DNA from: Phyllobates terribilis
Lineage: Eukaryota
Assembly (NCBI RefSeq): GCF_046119375.1
Contig: NW_027362763.1
Location: forward strand, 781,076,001 to 781,140,000
Length of the DNA stretch: 64,000 nucleotides
Direction of reading: 5' to 3'
Made by a program: the position numbers and the translations under genes. Shown here one piece after another: positions 37,761 to 49,851 of the stretch. Below the pieces are notes generated by a model. That model was not told the DNA's origin, did not search any database, and saw only the letters and a list, made by a program, of their open reading frames with translations. Position 1 is the first letter of the stretch; every line of letters starts with the position of its first letter.

Positions 37761-38748
37761 CTTGCCGCTCCTGCGGTTTCTGCTCTGCATCTGCTCGCTG
37801 CTCCGGCAGTCCTGTCCTGCTCTGCTTCTGCCCGCTGCTCCGGCAGCCCCGTCCTGCTCTGCATCTGCTCCGGCAGTCCTGTCCTGCTCTGCTTGTGCTC
37901 GCTGCTTCGGCAGTCCCGTCCTGCTCTGCTCTTGCCCACCGCTTCGGGCGTTCCCTCTCTGCTGTGTTTGGCTACCGCATCTGCGGTTCTGTTTCTGTGT
38001 CCCAGTCTGTACTGGGTCTTGTCCTCTCTGTGCTCCAGCCCGTCCTTTCGGCCAGTACCTCCCTGCCTGCATATTCGCCTGTATCCACCTGCCGTGTTTG
38101 CTTATATCCACCAGTCTGTGCCAGCCTAGCCTGCCTGTTCCAGTAATCCCTGTGTGGGTCAACCCCCGTGTCCGGAGTTTGACCTGGAGTAGCACCTGGC
38201 CCCTCTGCCCGGTTTCTCCCTGGTGCACTGGCGTCGTATGCCGTCGTGCCACCTTGGTCGGATCGGCCAGATACTTAGTCACGCCCCTCCAAGCACTCTC
38301 CGGTCCATGGTCCAGTGGAACCACTACTCCTGCACACGCCAGTCAGTCCGGGCGTGTGCATAACACTTTGTGATGTCTTTATTGTTTGTACATGTCTCCA
38401 CCTAATTGTAAAGCGCTGCGGAATTTGTTGGCTTTGTATAAATAAAATTATTATTATTATATGCCAAATTATAATTTTGGTCAGTCCTGGAAGTCACAGT
38501 GTACTGTGGTTCTGTCTGTTGCTCTAAGGAGTGCTTCCCTCCACTAAGCTCTGAGCCATTTTCATGGCACAGGTTTAGTACATTTATTTTGTTTATCCTT
38601 TTTATTTTATGTGATTGTAAATACTGCATTGTTTTGTCCATTTTGTAACATCTTTGTATATTTTTTATAAACACTGCCTACGTTTTCCTGATAAAATATA
38701 TAAAATTGAATAGCTTCATTCTTCTTGCTCTATAAACCGCATCCTGAA

Positions 38749-41165
38749 GTCATACGCTACCTGTTGTGTGTCCAATCAGCCTGCAGAAACCATTGGTGGT
38801 AGCAGCTAGTTTTTCGTGGGTTATTGGGAAGCTTGTAGGTGACTGTACTGGAGTATATATGGATATGAACTGTGGCGGTCCAGGATTATTAGACAAAAGA
38901 GGTGCGTGGAAGCATTTGCCCAGGAATGGATGACAACCACTGAGAGAGCCAGATTGGAGGACTGTATGGTGAGAGGAGTGGTAATCAATTTTGACCAAAA
39001 GAAGAGATAACGTTTCATCCAAGAACCGGGCAACCGGTTAGACATCGTTGTTAATCCTAGGTTGGTGGAGCAAGACTATGATTTACAGAGGACCCGGAGT
39101 CTCAAGCCAGGAGACAAGGTCCAATACCTAAAGATGTGGGGGCCTAAGGGGTGGTACGCCATATCTGTGTCACGAATAGTGGAAATGGAAGAGTACCGCC
39201 CAGAACATTGGTCGGACGCAGAGTACCCCAATATAGAAGGGCAGGTAAGGGAACGCTTCCCATCCCCCACAAGACACTGATTCGGGGCCCTACCCACCCG
39301 GGAAAGAGAGCCTGCCCCACCAACTACAACCCAGGAAGCTGCCGCTCCAACCACATTTGGGGGCACAGGACCAACAACGGTGTCTGCACATTTACTCACA
39401 ATAAATGGCACCAACAGCCAGGTCTCTTTGTCCTGCTGTGTGCCATCTGGCTTGTCTAAAGCTCCTAAAAAGGAGAAGACGGATTGAAAGAAACTGACAA
39501 GTATGACGGAAATCACCATGTTGTGCTGGTTGCACCGTGGTTGCTAGGGATAGTTCCCTGTCCCTGGCCAGGTGATGTGACCTGCTGAGTCCTGGGGGCA
39601 TGAGGCTGTAAGTTCAATTCTTGTATGGCTGGAAAAGCCACCAGTGACTTTGGTTGCTAATTTGTTTTTCTGTTCAGGCTGGATAGACCTATTTTGATAA
39701 AAAAGATTTGAATAGCTGGGCAAGCTGCACCTTGTTTTCTCCCTTATTTTTATTTGCACATGTTGTGCCCTTTTCTGGACATGTGGGCTCCTCAAGCAAA
39801 GTTGGGAGAGTTTGCATTCTCAAATTATGGACTGTGCTGTATCCTGTTCAGGAACTGTTCCCGGTTGCACTTTAATGGACTGTGCCTTTACTGTTTTGAA
39901 GAAACAGACATTGTTTCTGTCCTTGTTTTAAGGACTATCCCTTTGCCTGTTCCAGGGTCCTTACCGGGAAGGACCAAGGACCCCGTGCCCAAGGAAAGAA
40001 AGGAGTGTGTTTCTTAAATTTGCACAAACTTTTTCAGGAATATTGACTGTGTTGATGATATGTGTTTTCTTGATTGCAAAATGTTTTGTAAAGACTGTTG
40101 CAGTATTTAAATATTTTATACTTGAATTTGATAAAAATGTTTAGAGGTAGATAGGGAGAGCTGGTTGAAAACACACGAAAAGCTCCAGCTCAAGAGTGTC
40201 AGTTGGTTCAAATTGTTGTTGTTTTTTACAGGAGACCGACCAACAAGAGTGAGATAGAGTAATTGTGTTAAATATGTAAATTGTTAATATGGGTAAAAAT
40301 AATGTCTACAATGTCTGGCCACTACCTCACCTTTATTAAAAGGGCAGCATTGGGGGAACACTGTCATTGATGGTAAGGGGAGAACAACTCCGAGGGGCTG
40401 GTTAAGGTTAACCAGGTAGAAGGTAAATGTTGAGGACGACATTAATTTAGGAGGGAAGAGTGTGACGGGTACATACTGTACAGATGTTGCAAAGCATCGA
40501 GCAACTAAAGGGGTTAACAGGGTGCAGCTAGGTGGAGTGGTCAGGCCTGCCCCAGTTAGACTGAGTAGAGTCAGTGCTGAGCTGGAGAGCAACCTGGAAG
40601 GATGCAGACCTCTTCATCAGGCAGACGAGGGTCCTGAACTTCTCTGACCGTGACTGCCCGTTAGTTGCTAGGAGTAACTACACCGTAAGGAAGTTGAAGC
40701 GGGAGTTCACTGTTTTTAAGCAGAAGAAAAGGATTGAACACCATGTCTAAGGACTGGACCCATCCTACTGTCCTACCCCCCCGTACCTCACTGCAAAGAA
40801 GGTAAAGTGTGGCACTGTAGACAGGGACTGCTGGTGGGCACATCAAACTGTGTTGTTAAAGAGACTGTTGCTGTTTAAGGAAAACCTGTTGCATATTGTG
40901 CCTTTGTGAAGAAGCTGTCTGTTGTTGTTTATAGAAAGCCTGTTGCTTCAAGGAACTGATGTTATGTGCTGGCCGTGCATCTGCATTAAATACGATTGTT
41001 GAACTGTTCCTAAAGACTGTCAGTGTGTCTGTGCCAGACAGTGAATGCATGTTATGACTGAGAAAACTACAACCAATGGTTGCCCTGAGTAATAGTTCCC
41101 CCAGGATTCCAAGAATTCATGGAACCTGTATAGCCTCATCTAAACCTAGTGGCATACGTGTAACA
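38749..41165 (+). mobile_element. Degenerate LTR element remnant: 5' LTR mostly lost, short internal ORF with cold-shock domain, PPT and 3' LTR 40461-41165
   Basis: catacgctac at ~38751 resembles the LTR end; PBS-like tggtggtagcag at 38794; PPT aggagggaagag directly before TGTGACGGG (40461); end cgtgtaaca (41165). The LTR family is confirmed by the second copy at 30329-31059. Confidence 0.6.
38966..39280 (+). pseudogene. Degenerate cold-shock-domain (OB-fold) coding sequence
   Basis: MVRGVVINFDQKKR*RFIQEPGNRLDIVVNPRLVEQDYDLQRTRSLKPGDKVQYLKMWGPKGWYAISVS aligns by eye to the CSD pattern G-V-x-F-x-x-x-KGYGFI...D(V/I)FV...RSL..G..V.F...GPKG..A..V. One TAA at 39008. Confidence 0.65.
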
Positions 41166-42582
41166 GTGTCCTGTATAACTATATCATCTACAGGACGCAG
41201 ATGCAGTTGAAATCAATGGTGGAGCAAAACTTAGGCTCACTTTCCCATCATTTAACTCACTTGTAGGCCACAAACTGCTTTACACCACACAGAGGATATC
41301 ACCTTGGTGCTGGCACCACAATGTACCACCTCGCGGGATTGCAGAGGCCGAATTTACTGCGCTTTTTGGGGAATCAGAATTAGGTAAATATGTTGTTTTT
41401 TTTTCTGGGGAACAAAAGAGGTGCTATTACTCGTGCCAATACAAAAAGGGTATGTGCACACAAAGTCTTTTTCAGGAGGATTCTGATCCCAAACCCGCCT
41501 GAAAAAGTGCTAACTGAATGCTCAAAAGAATGAAAATATGCATTTCTATCTAAAATGACTTGCTATTCATATGTTCAGTCTTTTGAACATCTTTTAAACA
41601 CTTCAGGTTTTGAAAGACGCTAAGCTATTAAAAGAAATGACCTGAACATTCTTCAGCTTTGAAGCTCTGAAGCCTCTCTATACTTCATGATATAAGTCAA
41701 TGGCACGGTTCAAAACATGCTTGGAAGATGCCTAAGTGTCTTTTTAAGAGTTATGTCATCGTGTTTGCTTGAAAAACTGCTAGCAGTATCTTCATTGTAC
41801 AATAGAGTTTAAAAAAAGCCACCGGAAAAAGGCAGTAAAAAAAATACACCACGAAAACCAAGGAAAAAAGCTTAAAAAAATGTCTACAGTTCTACAGTCA
41901 AAAACGTTAAAAATGCAAAGAGGGGAAAAAAAAAAGCTAAAAACGACTCTTTAGGATCTTAAAAAACGTGGCGGGAATTTGCATTGTGTGTGGGCACAAA
42001 TTACTGTTTAGGGGATGTGGATGCTAATATTGAATTTATATTTGATGTTTACAACATGGTAAAAATGAAAGGGGCCCACTATAAAGAAAAATGTGAAAAT
42101 TGTAAAAGTTATTTGCGTAGATAAGTGCAGGCACACCATGTACAGGCAATAAAAGTGCTGTGAATAGCATTTAAATAAAAGCTTTAGCAACAAGTAGAAC
42201 AGCTGACATTCACATCGAACGTAGGAAAATGACTCTTGGATATGAAGAAGCACTTGTGATAGTGCACAGTAAAATACTCTCAGGGACAATCTAGAATATC
42301 TCGTATTGTTGGCAATCATAAAAAGCATTGTATTATTATAGAAGTCTCTGACCTATTAGGTATATTATATGCAGCTTGGATATGTACTACATTGACTTGT
42401 GATTTCTAAATTTGCAATTGCCATAAATATCTTGATGCACTTTTTATTAGACTAAATTGCACATCTCGGTGGATATACTATAGGTGCATTGTGGTCAATT
42501 TTCAAAGCCAAAAACAGTGCGGTCACATGTTTGACTATAGTGATATATAAGACTATAGTGATATATAATTGTCTCACGCATA

Positions 42583-43585
42583 TGTGGCACCCCAGGGGTC
42601 CGGTTGCCACAGTGGCATTGCCTCCCTCACAAGGGGTGATGCCATGCCTGGAAGCAAGGAGGAGTCCCCTAATCAGGAATACCAGCATACAACACTTTCC
42701 TGGCTCCAGACCAGAAAGGGAAGTTCCTCCCCTTCACACTGGAATCTGGAGTAAGCAGGCTGGAGGCTGTCATCTAGCCTGACAGTCTGTCTACAGTCCA
42801 GTCCGCCAGTCTGTCTATGGGCTCTGCCCGCCTGCTTACCTGGAAGCACCTGCCAGTTACCCGTTGTGCCTGCCAGTAAGCCTACCCAGAGCACCCATCT
42901 GGCTATCTGCCGAATCAGCCTGCTTACCCGCTGTACCGGTCTGTTCCTGCCATATGACCCGTGCGTGTCACCTGCTCTCATACAAGGTCAGTCCCAGATT
43001 GGCACCTGGTCCCCCTGCTTGGTCCCTCCCTGGTTCACGGAGTCGACTGAGCCGCTATGCGACCTTGGTCAGGCCGAGTAGGTACTTAGTCACGCCCCTC
43101 TGGTCCCTCCTTGCACCGCAGCACAGAGGTTCCACCACCCGGACCCATAACAGAAGGCCTCCAACTTCACCTGGCGAGGTGGATTCCCAACTTGCATCCA
43201 GGCCGCCCGGACCTCTACTACCAGCTAGTACCCGTGCCCCGGTCTGCCTAACCACCGCAAGTAAAGATAAGAGGAAACCGCCATTAAGTTGTGGACTGGT
43301 CATTATCTGCGCCATCCCCTGCACTACACTGCACAGTAACATCTAAATCGTCACCATTTCCTGCCCTGGAGCTAAGCTCTGCCTGTGGAGAGCTGAACCA
43401 ACTCTGCTGCGTCATCATCAGCTCCAGAGGATCTGCACCGCCGCTGCGGCTCCATATAGCCACATACCACAGGTGGCATCACGAGCATTATATAAAAACT
43501 ATATACCCTTTTCTTTAAGCCCCTTTTATTGACCGCCCTGAGTCATGGACCGGGTCACCCCACTGTGACATCCCCAAGCACGACA
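42583..43585 (+). mobile_element. Probable Gypsy solo LTR (tgtggcaccccagggg...), possibly composite with an internal LTR end at 43152
   Basis: TG start at 42583; end cacgaca at 43585 with imperfect flanks (cata/tata). An internal cagaggttccaccacccggacccataaca resembles the end of the solo LTR at 17104. Confidence 0.45.
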
Positions 43586-43679
43586 TATACAGTACATCAC
43601 GTCATAACAATGACAGGTTAATCATAAGAGCTGGCAGGTAGGAGGCGATTCATAGAGCTACTGTCCGGCAGTCACAGAA

Positions 43680-44241
43680 TGTCATGCTAGGTATGGGAAG
43701 GACCCAGCATACGACGATGGGAAAATGGGGAAAGCCCAGCAACTAGGGAAAGGGAGAGTGGAGATCCCTAGGCAGATCTAACAACACCCTGACTCACCTA
43801 TCGTCCCTAAATAGGTCCCGCACCTAACGCCGAGCAGTATACGTTAGCCCTGGCTGTCCCTAGAGCTAGGCCCTAGGAAGGGAGGGGGAGGGGTGAATAC
43901 TAGTCAGCCCCACTACAACTAAAGATAAACAAGGGAAACAGACAAGGGGATATACTTAGCTTTGAGACGACACCAGAGAGATAACGACTAAAATCCATAA
44001 AGGAACTCCAAGAAGAATCTAGCCGACTGCTATAACTCCAGACCTGAACAGAAGAATATACTCTATCACCAGCGATTCTCTGGAGAAACAGAGCGTATTT
44101 AAAGAAGGTGGAGATCACCACTGGGTCCTAGAGAGGGAGGGATGATGAAAGGATCAAGAAGGTGTCTGCAAGGCTAAGTACAGCGACCTTCTACAGCTGG
44201 ATCCAGAATGACTGTCTATCAAACCTGATACACCCATGACA
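43680..44241. mobile_element. Solo LTR, 562 bp
   Basis: TGTCATG...CATGACA perfect 7-bp terminal inverted repeat; TSD cagaa/cagat (4 of 5). Confidence 0.7.
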
Positions 44242-45788
44242 CAGATACTGGGTTCTGCGGATTGATTTGTGCCATCTCTTCTGTCAATCACTGAATAGCA
44301 CCACCCACTGGACTCATACAAATACTAAGGATGTCAATGAATAAAATACAAGTTTTACTGAAACTTTTACCACAAAAATATATATCAATCTGATTGGCTC
44401 CTTCTGCTCTACAACATAGACTTCTGCTGCAAATAAGCAACCTAGTGATGCTGGAACAAAAGGCAAAGACTGACAAAGCTGTTGTGCAAATGGGGCACAA
44501 AAAAACAATACTTTTAAAAAAGCAGAAAACTGTTACAATTCATGATGCCATGGCAATATTTTTTAGAATTTTGGTTGGCAGCAAGTGGAGTTTTAACAAA
44601 ATCCCGGATGCTTTAGATATGGAGTTTTACGTAATGTTGTTGACAATAGGCTTTAAAACTTTAAAACTTACATCAAACCATGCATAATGACATAGCGTGG
44701 GCTGCTAGTGTCTGGGTGAAGGCAAGAATTTTTTCCACCCTACCCCATGGACCGTTAGAAATGAATGCGTCCCTTTCACTAGTCCAGTACTGAGCCACTT
44801 ATCCACCAAGCACATGCTTTGTATTTTAAGAAAATACTGATGTAATTATAGTTAGCCCTTTGACCCTCTAGTTACTTTCTGCTTTTTGCTAAAATACAAC
44901 AAAAAATGTTAAAAATAAAAAGTTATATTTTTCCTTTGGAATTTTTTTTACTTTTAATACTTTAATTTTTTTATTATTTTATCATTTTTTTAATGTAAAT
45001 ATTATATTACCCTAACCATTTCACTATGCCAAACCCTAGTCCTAGCCCTAATCCTAATCCTAGTACTAACCCTAACCCTAGTCTCTTTTTCCAATGTATC
45101 TCATATAATCAGCCAAATATATAAAAAAAAATGTTTTGGTAAAGTATATGAAATCATAAATAAATATCTAAAATATCTAATATACTGCAGTATTTTTTTT
45201 TTTTTATAAAAGTGGACAAGTTCTAGTTTATTTAAAACTTAATGTGTTTTTTTTTTTAACTTGGAACAATTCTTTGAATTTGGGACAGCTCCCCCAGCAT
45301 GTATCTGTCTCTCCTTTCACAAAATCATAAATGGAGGTGAGGCAGGAACTGTGGGAGAACATACTGCAACCCTGTTCCTCTCAGTCAATGCCTATGCAGA
45401 GTGCAGCATTTTGAGTTGAGTTTGTTATCAGCTGCTGCGCTCTGCCTAGGCACCGCCTGAGATGACCTACTTCAGAGATTATCGTATTGAGAGATTTATA
45501 ATCTCATCCGTTGCCTATACAGAACACAGCAGCAAATGGCAAACTCATCTTCACTACTGTACTTCAGTAGCACCGACTAAGATTTTAAAGCAGCTCTTAG
45601 GTGCTTTACTCATCTAGCTAGCTGGCTTGCCGGACTGTCACTAACCACTTCATTGTTGTTCCAAGAGGAAGTAAGGAAGTTGTGGTGGGGAGTGTAAAAT
45701 ATTATCTAGATCAGAGGTCCCCAACCGCCGGTCCGCGGACCAGGACCGGGCCGTTGGGGTTTTTCAGCCGGTCCGCGGCACCGCTGAC

Positions 45789-47527
45789 CAGGGCCGGCGT
45801 CAGCACCCGGGCAAATGCCGGGGCTCTGAGCAGGCAGAGGGGCCCACTGGCGGTCGCGCACCCCGCTGGGCTATGGGCGGAGGAGAGTGGTGTCAGCGCC
45901 CGCCCTTCTCCGCCGCTTGCTCAGGGCCCCGGCAGCTGGATACTTACCTCTCCCCGTGCCTCCGCAGATCAGCTGTCTTCCTGCTCTGCGCTCCCTGTGA
46001 CGTCTCAGGTCAGAGGGCGCGGTGACGTCTTTACACCGCGCCCTCCCCTGAGCCGTCACAGGGAGCGCTGAGCGGGAAGAAACGACAACGCTGGAGTTCG
46101 GAGCCGAGCAGCGAGCGGCGGGCAGCAGGTGAGGAGAAGGGAGGTGAGTATTTGATTATTTTTTTTTTTTTAATGTATGGAGGCATGGGGCATTATAAAG
46201 AGGGGAGGGGGGGCATCCTGCTTGGGGCATTATAAAGAGGAGGGGTGACAGCCTGCATGGGGCATTATAAGGTGGGGAACAGCCTGCATGGGGCATTATA
46301 AAGAGGGGGGGATTCCTGCTTGGGGCATTATAATGAGGAGGGGTGACAGCCTGCATGGGGCATTATAAGGTGGGGACCAGCCTGCATGGGGCATTATAAA
46401 GAGGGGGGGATTCCTGCTTGGGGCATTATAATGAGGAGGGGTGACAGCCTGCATGGGGCATTATAAGGTGGGGACCAGCATGCATGGGGCATTATAAGGT
46501 GGGGAACAGCCTGCACGGGGCATTATAAAGAGAGGGGGGGACATCCTGCATGGGGCATTATAAAGAGGAGGGGTGACAGCCTGCATGGGGCAGTATAAAG
46601 AGGAGGGGTGACAGCCTGCATGGGGCAGTATAAAGAGGAGGGGTGACAGCCTGCATGGAGCATTATAAAGAGGAGGGGTGACAGCCTGCATGGGGCATTA
46701 TAAAGAGGGGGGGTGACAGCCTGCATTGGGCAGTATAAAGAGGAGGGGTGACAGCCTGCATGGGGCAGTATAAAGAGGAGGGGTGACAGCCTGCATGGGG
46801 CATTATAAAGAGGGGGGGCAGCCTGTATGGGGCATTATGTGGGGGGTAACAGCCTGCATGGAGCATTAAAAGGGGGGGGCCTGTATGGGGCATTATGTGG
46901 GGGGTAACAGCCTGCATGGAGCATTATAAGGGGGGGACAGCCTGTATGGGGCATTATGTGGGGGGTAACAGCCTGCATGCAGCATTATATGGGGACCGGT
47001 ATCCTGTATGGAGCGTTATATGGGGGCCAGTATCCTGTATGGAGCGTTATATGGGGGCCAGTATTCTGTATGGAGCCTTATATGGGGGCCAGTATTCCGT
47101 ATGGGGTCTTATATGGGGGCCAGTATTCCGTATGGGGCCTTATATGGGGGCAAGTATTCCATATGGGGGCAAGTATTCCGTATGGGGCCTTATATGGGGG
47201 CAAGTATTCCGTATGGGGCCTTATATGGGGGCCAGTATTCCGTATGAAGCGTTATATGGGGGCCAGTATTCCGTATGGGCGTTATATGGGGACCAGTATT
47301 CCGTATGGAGCCTTATATGGGGGCCACTATTCTGTGTGGAGCGATTCACCGGTTTCTGAGCTATTGTAGAATTTACAATAGATATCACTCATGAAGTGAA
47401 ATCTTTGCATTGTACTATATATATATATTTCTCCGCCGTATCTCTGCATCATGAATCGTGGTATGTGTTAAAGGGGCCCACTGAGACTCTTTCGCCCGGG
47501 GCCCAGAAAAACCTGGAGCCGGCCCTG
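45789..47527. mobile_element. Second non-autonomous hAT nested inside the first
   Basis: TIR cagggccggc / gccggccctg; perfect 8-bp TSD CCGCTGAC (45781-45788 / 47528-47535). Confidence 0.92.
46180..47340. repeat. G-rich minisatellites inside the nested hAT (31-36-bp ggggcattataaagaggaggggtgacagcctgcat, then ~31-bp tatgggggccagtattccgtatggggcctta)
   Basis: Directly visible. Confidence 0.93.
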
Positions 47528-48505
47528 CCGCTGACAGCTAGCTCCGCGGCCCTGCGCCTGGTCAGAACTCGCTCTGTGTGGATTTATAATATTTTCTGCC
47601 ATAGCCGTGACAGCTCGCAGCTCCCGGCAGAGAACATTATGCAGGACGGGGTGGGGCGTCGGGCGGGTCTTAGTGACGCAGCCCTCCACAGCACAGCATG
47701 GTACCTGTTGTACGTCACGGGGCGGGTCTTAGTGACGCGGCCCTCCTGCACAGCATGGTGTGTTCCTGACGGGGTGGGGCGGCAGGCTCTCCTCACTGAC
47801 ACGCCCCCGGCAGAACATGTTATGTGGGGCGTGCTGGGGCAGCAGACTGGCTTCAGTGACGCGGCTCCAGGTACCGGTGTTCAGTGTGTAGCGCTGCTAA
47901 GCAGCAGCGCTGTATACACTGACGCTCAATGTACAATGCTGCTACTTAGCAGCGCTGTACACCGAGGTCCCGCCAGCATCCTCCCCATACAGCTCCACCC
48001 CTCCATAACCCCACCCCCATATGACCAAAGCCCCGCCCCCACCCCCACCGGGCCATGGAAAACTGGTCTTGCTTAAAGCCGGTCCCTGGTGCAAAAAAGG
48101 TTGGGGACCTCTGATCTAGATAACTAGAAGACCCTGACTACAATAATCTTCTTTATAGTCAGGTTCTATCAGTTGAAGTCCCCCTTTATGGCTTTATTCA
48201 CACTGTGCTGTCATATTTCTGTTATTTTCAAGAATCTCAAGAACTTTTGCAACAGCGATGTTTCTCAAAGCTGGCTGCAGTGACTGAAAAGAATCAGCTT
48301 ATAACTCATAAGCATTAAAAAAAGGAGGTAATTACCGCTTAGAATGATGAGAAGGGATTGGAACTGTTGGCTATCTCAATTTCAGGGGGAGTATAACACT
48401 AAAACTTCACTTTGAATATTGAAAGGATATTTTGTTGCTAATATTAGTTTAAGAAATACACAATAAGGTGCTACTTTTTTAATGAGTTATTTCTAATATT
48501 CTTAA

Positions 48506-48883
48506 AGGGGTTGTTTCTCTTCTTAGGTGTTTAAAATTGCAAAATGCTTTGTAAAAACAAACAAAGTTGCAATTTACATCTTATTACAACTCCTCTCCGT
48601 TCTTAAGAATGGAGAGATTCTATTGTGTACTGTTCGTTGCCTAATATACCAACCACCACTACAGTTTATTCGCGGTCATTAGTCTTCTAGTAAGGAGCTA
48701 GCAAGTGCTGTTCTGAAGCTAGCCGGATTCAGTGCTACTGCGCTCCGCCAATGCTGCAGAGGGAAAGCTGCCTCTGCTTGCAACAGAGCGGCAAGGTCTG
48801 AGCTGTCAGTTGTAAGAGGCATAATGTCTCCTGGCAAATAGGAAGACTGGAGACTTCCAAAAATAAATATTGAGAGTACCCCT
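48506..48883. mobile_element. T2/Kolobok-type MITE
   Basis: TTAA|aggggt ... acccct|TTAA; short TIR, decayed interior. Confidence 0.55.
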
Positions 48884-49805
48884 TTAACTTTTACAGCGCA
48901 TACATTGAAACACATTACAAAAGAAAAAAGTTGGCTTTGTAAATATGTTTCTTATATTATTTTGCACTGATTTTAAGAATGACCTTTTCATCACGAATCA
49001 AAATGAAAGAAAAACACCTGCTGGTTCATTCTTGGAATCTATTTGTGGTTTATTTGTACTTTGCCTGATGTAACTGTATAAATGTTGTCTGGCCTTCCAT
49101 AATAAGGTGAGAAAGTGACAGGACTGGCAAAGGCAGAGTATCAGCATGGCACTGGTTACTCTGTAAAGTCCTCTATAGATTAGAGGGCTAGCCCCATACC
49201 TGAACATGTGATAATGGGGTCAATAGGGAGTGGGTCTCTATCTTCATGTATTCTTATACATATATTGAGTTTACATGTTGTCATATACATGATTCAATAC
49301 AGGTAATAGGGTGTTTGTCATGTGACAAAGTCACTGGCAAAATACTGGAGGGGAGATATGTAGCACTGAGATTGATAACGCCAGTAAAATAAACATAGAA
49401 AAAAATGTTCCAGCACACAGAGTGAAGAGAGGGGTTAATCAGCCATGTTTAGTGTTAGGGTGATTAAACACCTGTAGAGAGGGAGGAGTTCAGAGGATAA
49501 ATTCCCAGTCTTTTAGAGCATTTGGTGTGGGGTGGACCTGGGGGCACAAGCTCTGGAGCTGTTTTGTCATGTGAAGGAAAGTTAAACCTTGGGTTGTTTG
49601 ATCCTGAAGCGGGTGGTTTCCCATAGCAACAAGAACTGTGCCATACATTATGTTTTGGTTTTCCTGGTAGGCCAGGACTGTGTTTGTTTTGCTAACTTTT
49701 CTGTGGTTTATGTAGTACTCTTAATAAACCACAACTGAAGATTTAAAGAGACAGTGTTCCTCTGTCTACCTCTATCTGCAGCCGAGTGTGCCAAGCTACC
49801 ACAGT

Positions 49806-49821
49806 TGGTGGAGAATGCGGG
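49806..49821 (+). promoter_or_regulatory. Primer-binding site complementary to the 3' end of tRNA-Ala(AGC)
   Basis: TGGTGGAGAATGCGGG starts 2 nt after the 5' LTR and is the reverse complement of ...CCCGCATTCTCCA(CCA), the vertebrate tRNA-Ala 3' end as recalled. Confidence 0.8.
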
Positions 49822-49851
49822 AATTCGTGAGGGCCACCAGACTCAGGCAGT

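Larger units (their letters stand above)
31731..38365 (+). mobile_element. Young non-autonomous LTR retrotransposon (Tf1/sushi-like), 6635 bp, no pol
   Basis: LTRs 31731-33823 and 36010-38365 (TGTAACA...TAACA), about 99% identical outside the repeat array. 5-bp TSD CTTTG (31726-31730 / 38366-38370). Polypurine tract at ~35979-36006. Internal region only 2186 bp. Confidence 0.95.
31150..38460 (+). mobile_element. 5'-truncated L2 3' fragment split by the LTR element (pieces 31150-31730 and 38371-38460)
   Basis: LTHKALYTSAQTYISSLIFVYHPTRALR (L2 ORF2 C-terminus). The 3' UTR gattgtaagcttgcgagcagggccctc continues after the insertion to gtaaagcgctgcggaatttgttggctttgtataaataaaattattattattat. Confidence 0.8.
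45712..48113. mobile_element. Non-autonomous hAT (Charlie/Buster-type) element
   Basis: TIR cagaggtccccaacc / ggttggggacctctg; perfect 8-bp TSD ATCTAGAT, which fits the nTCTAGAn target preference of Charlie/Buster elements. Confidence 0.93.

Noticed and set aside
46461-47369. Gly/Tyr-rich keratin-associated-like ORFs
   Set aside because: They are translations of the G-rich minisatellites within a TSD-bounded hAT element.
49806-49821. tRNA gene
   Set aside because: It is only a 16-nt complement to a tRNA 3' end (a PBS); there is no cloverleaf or A/B boxes.
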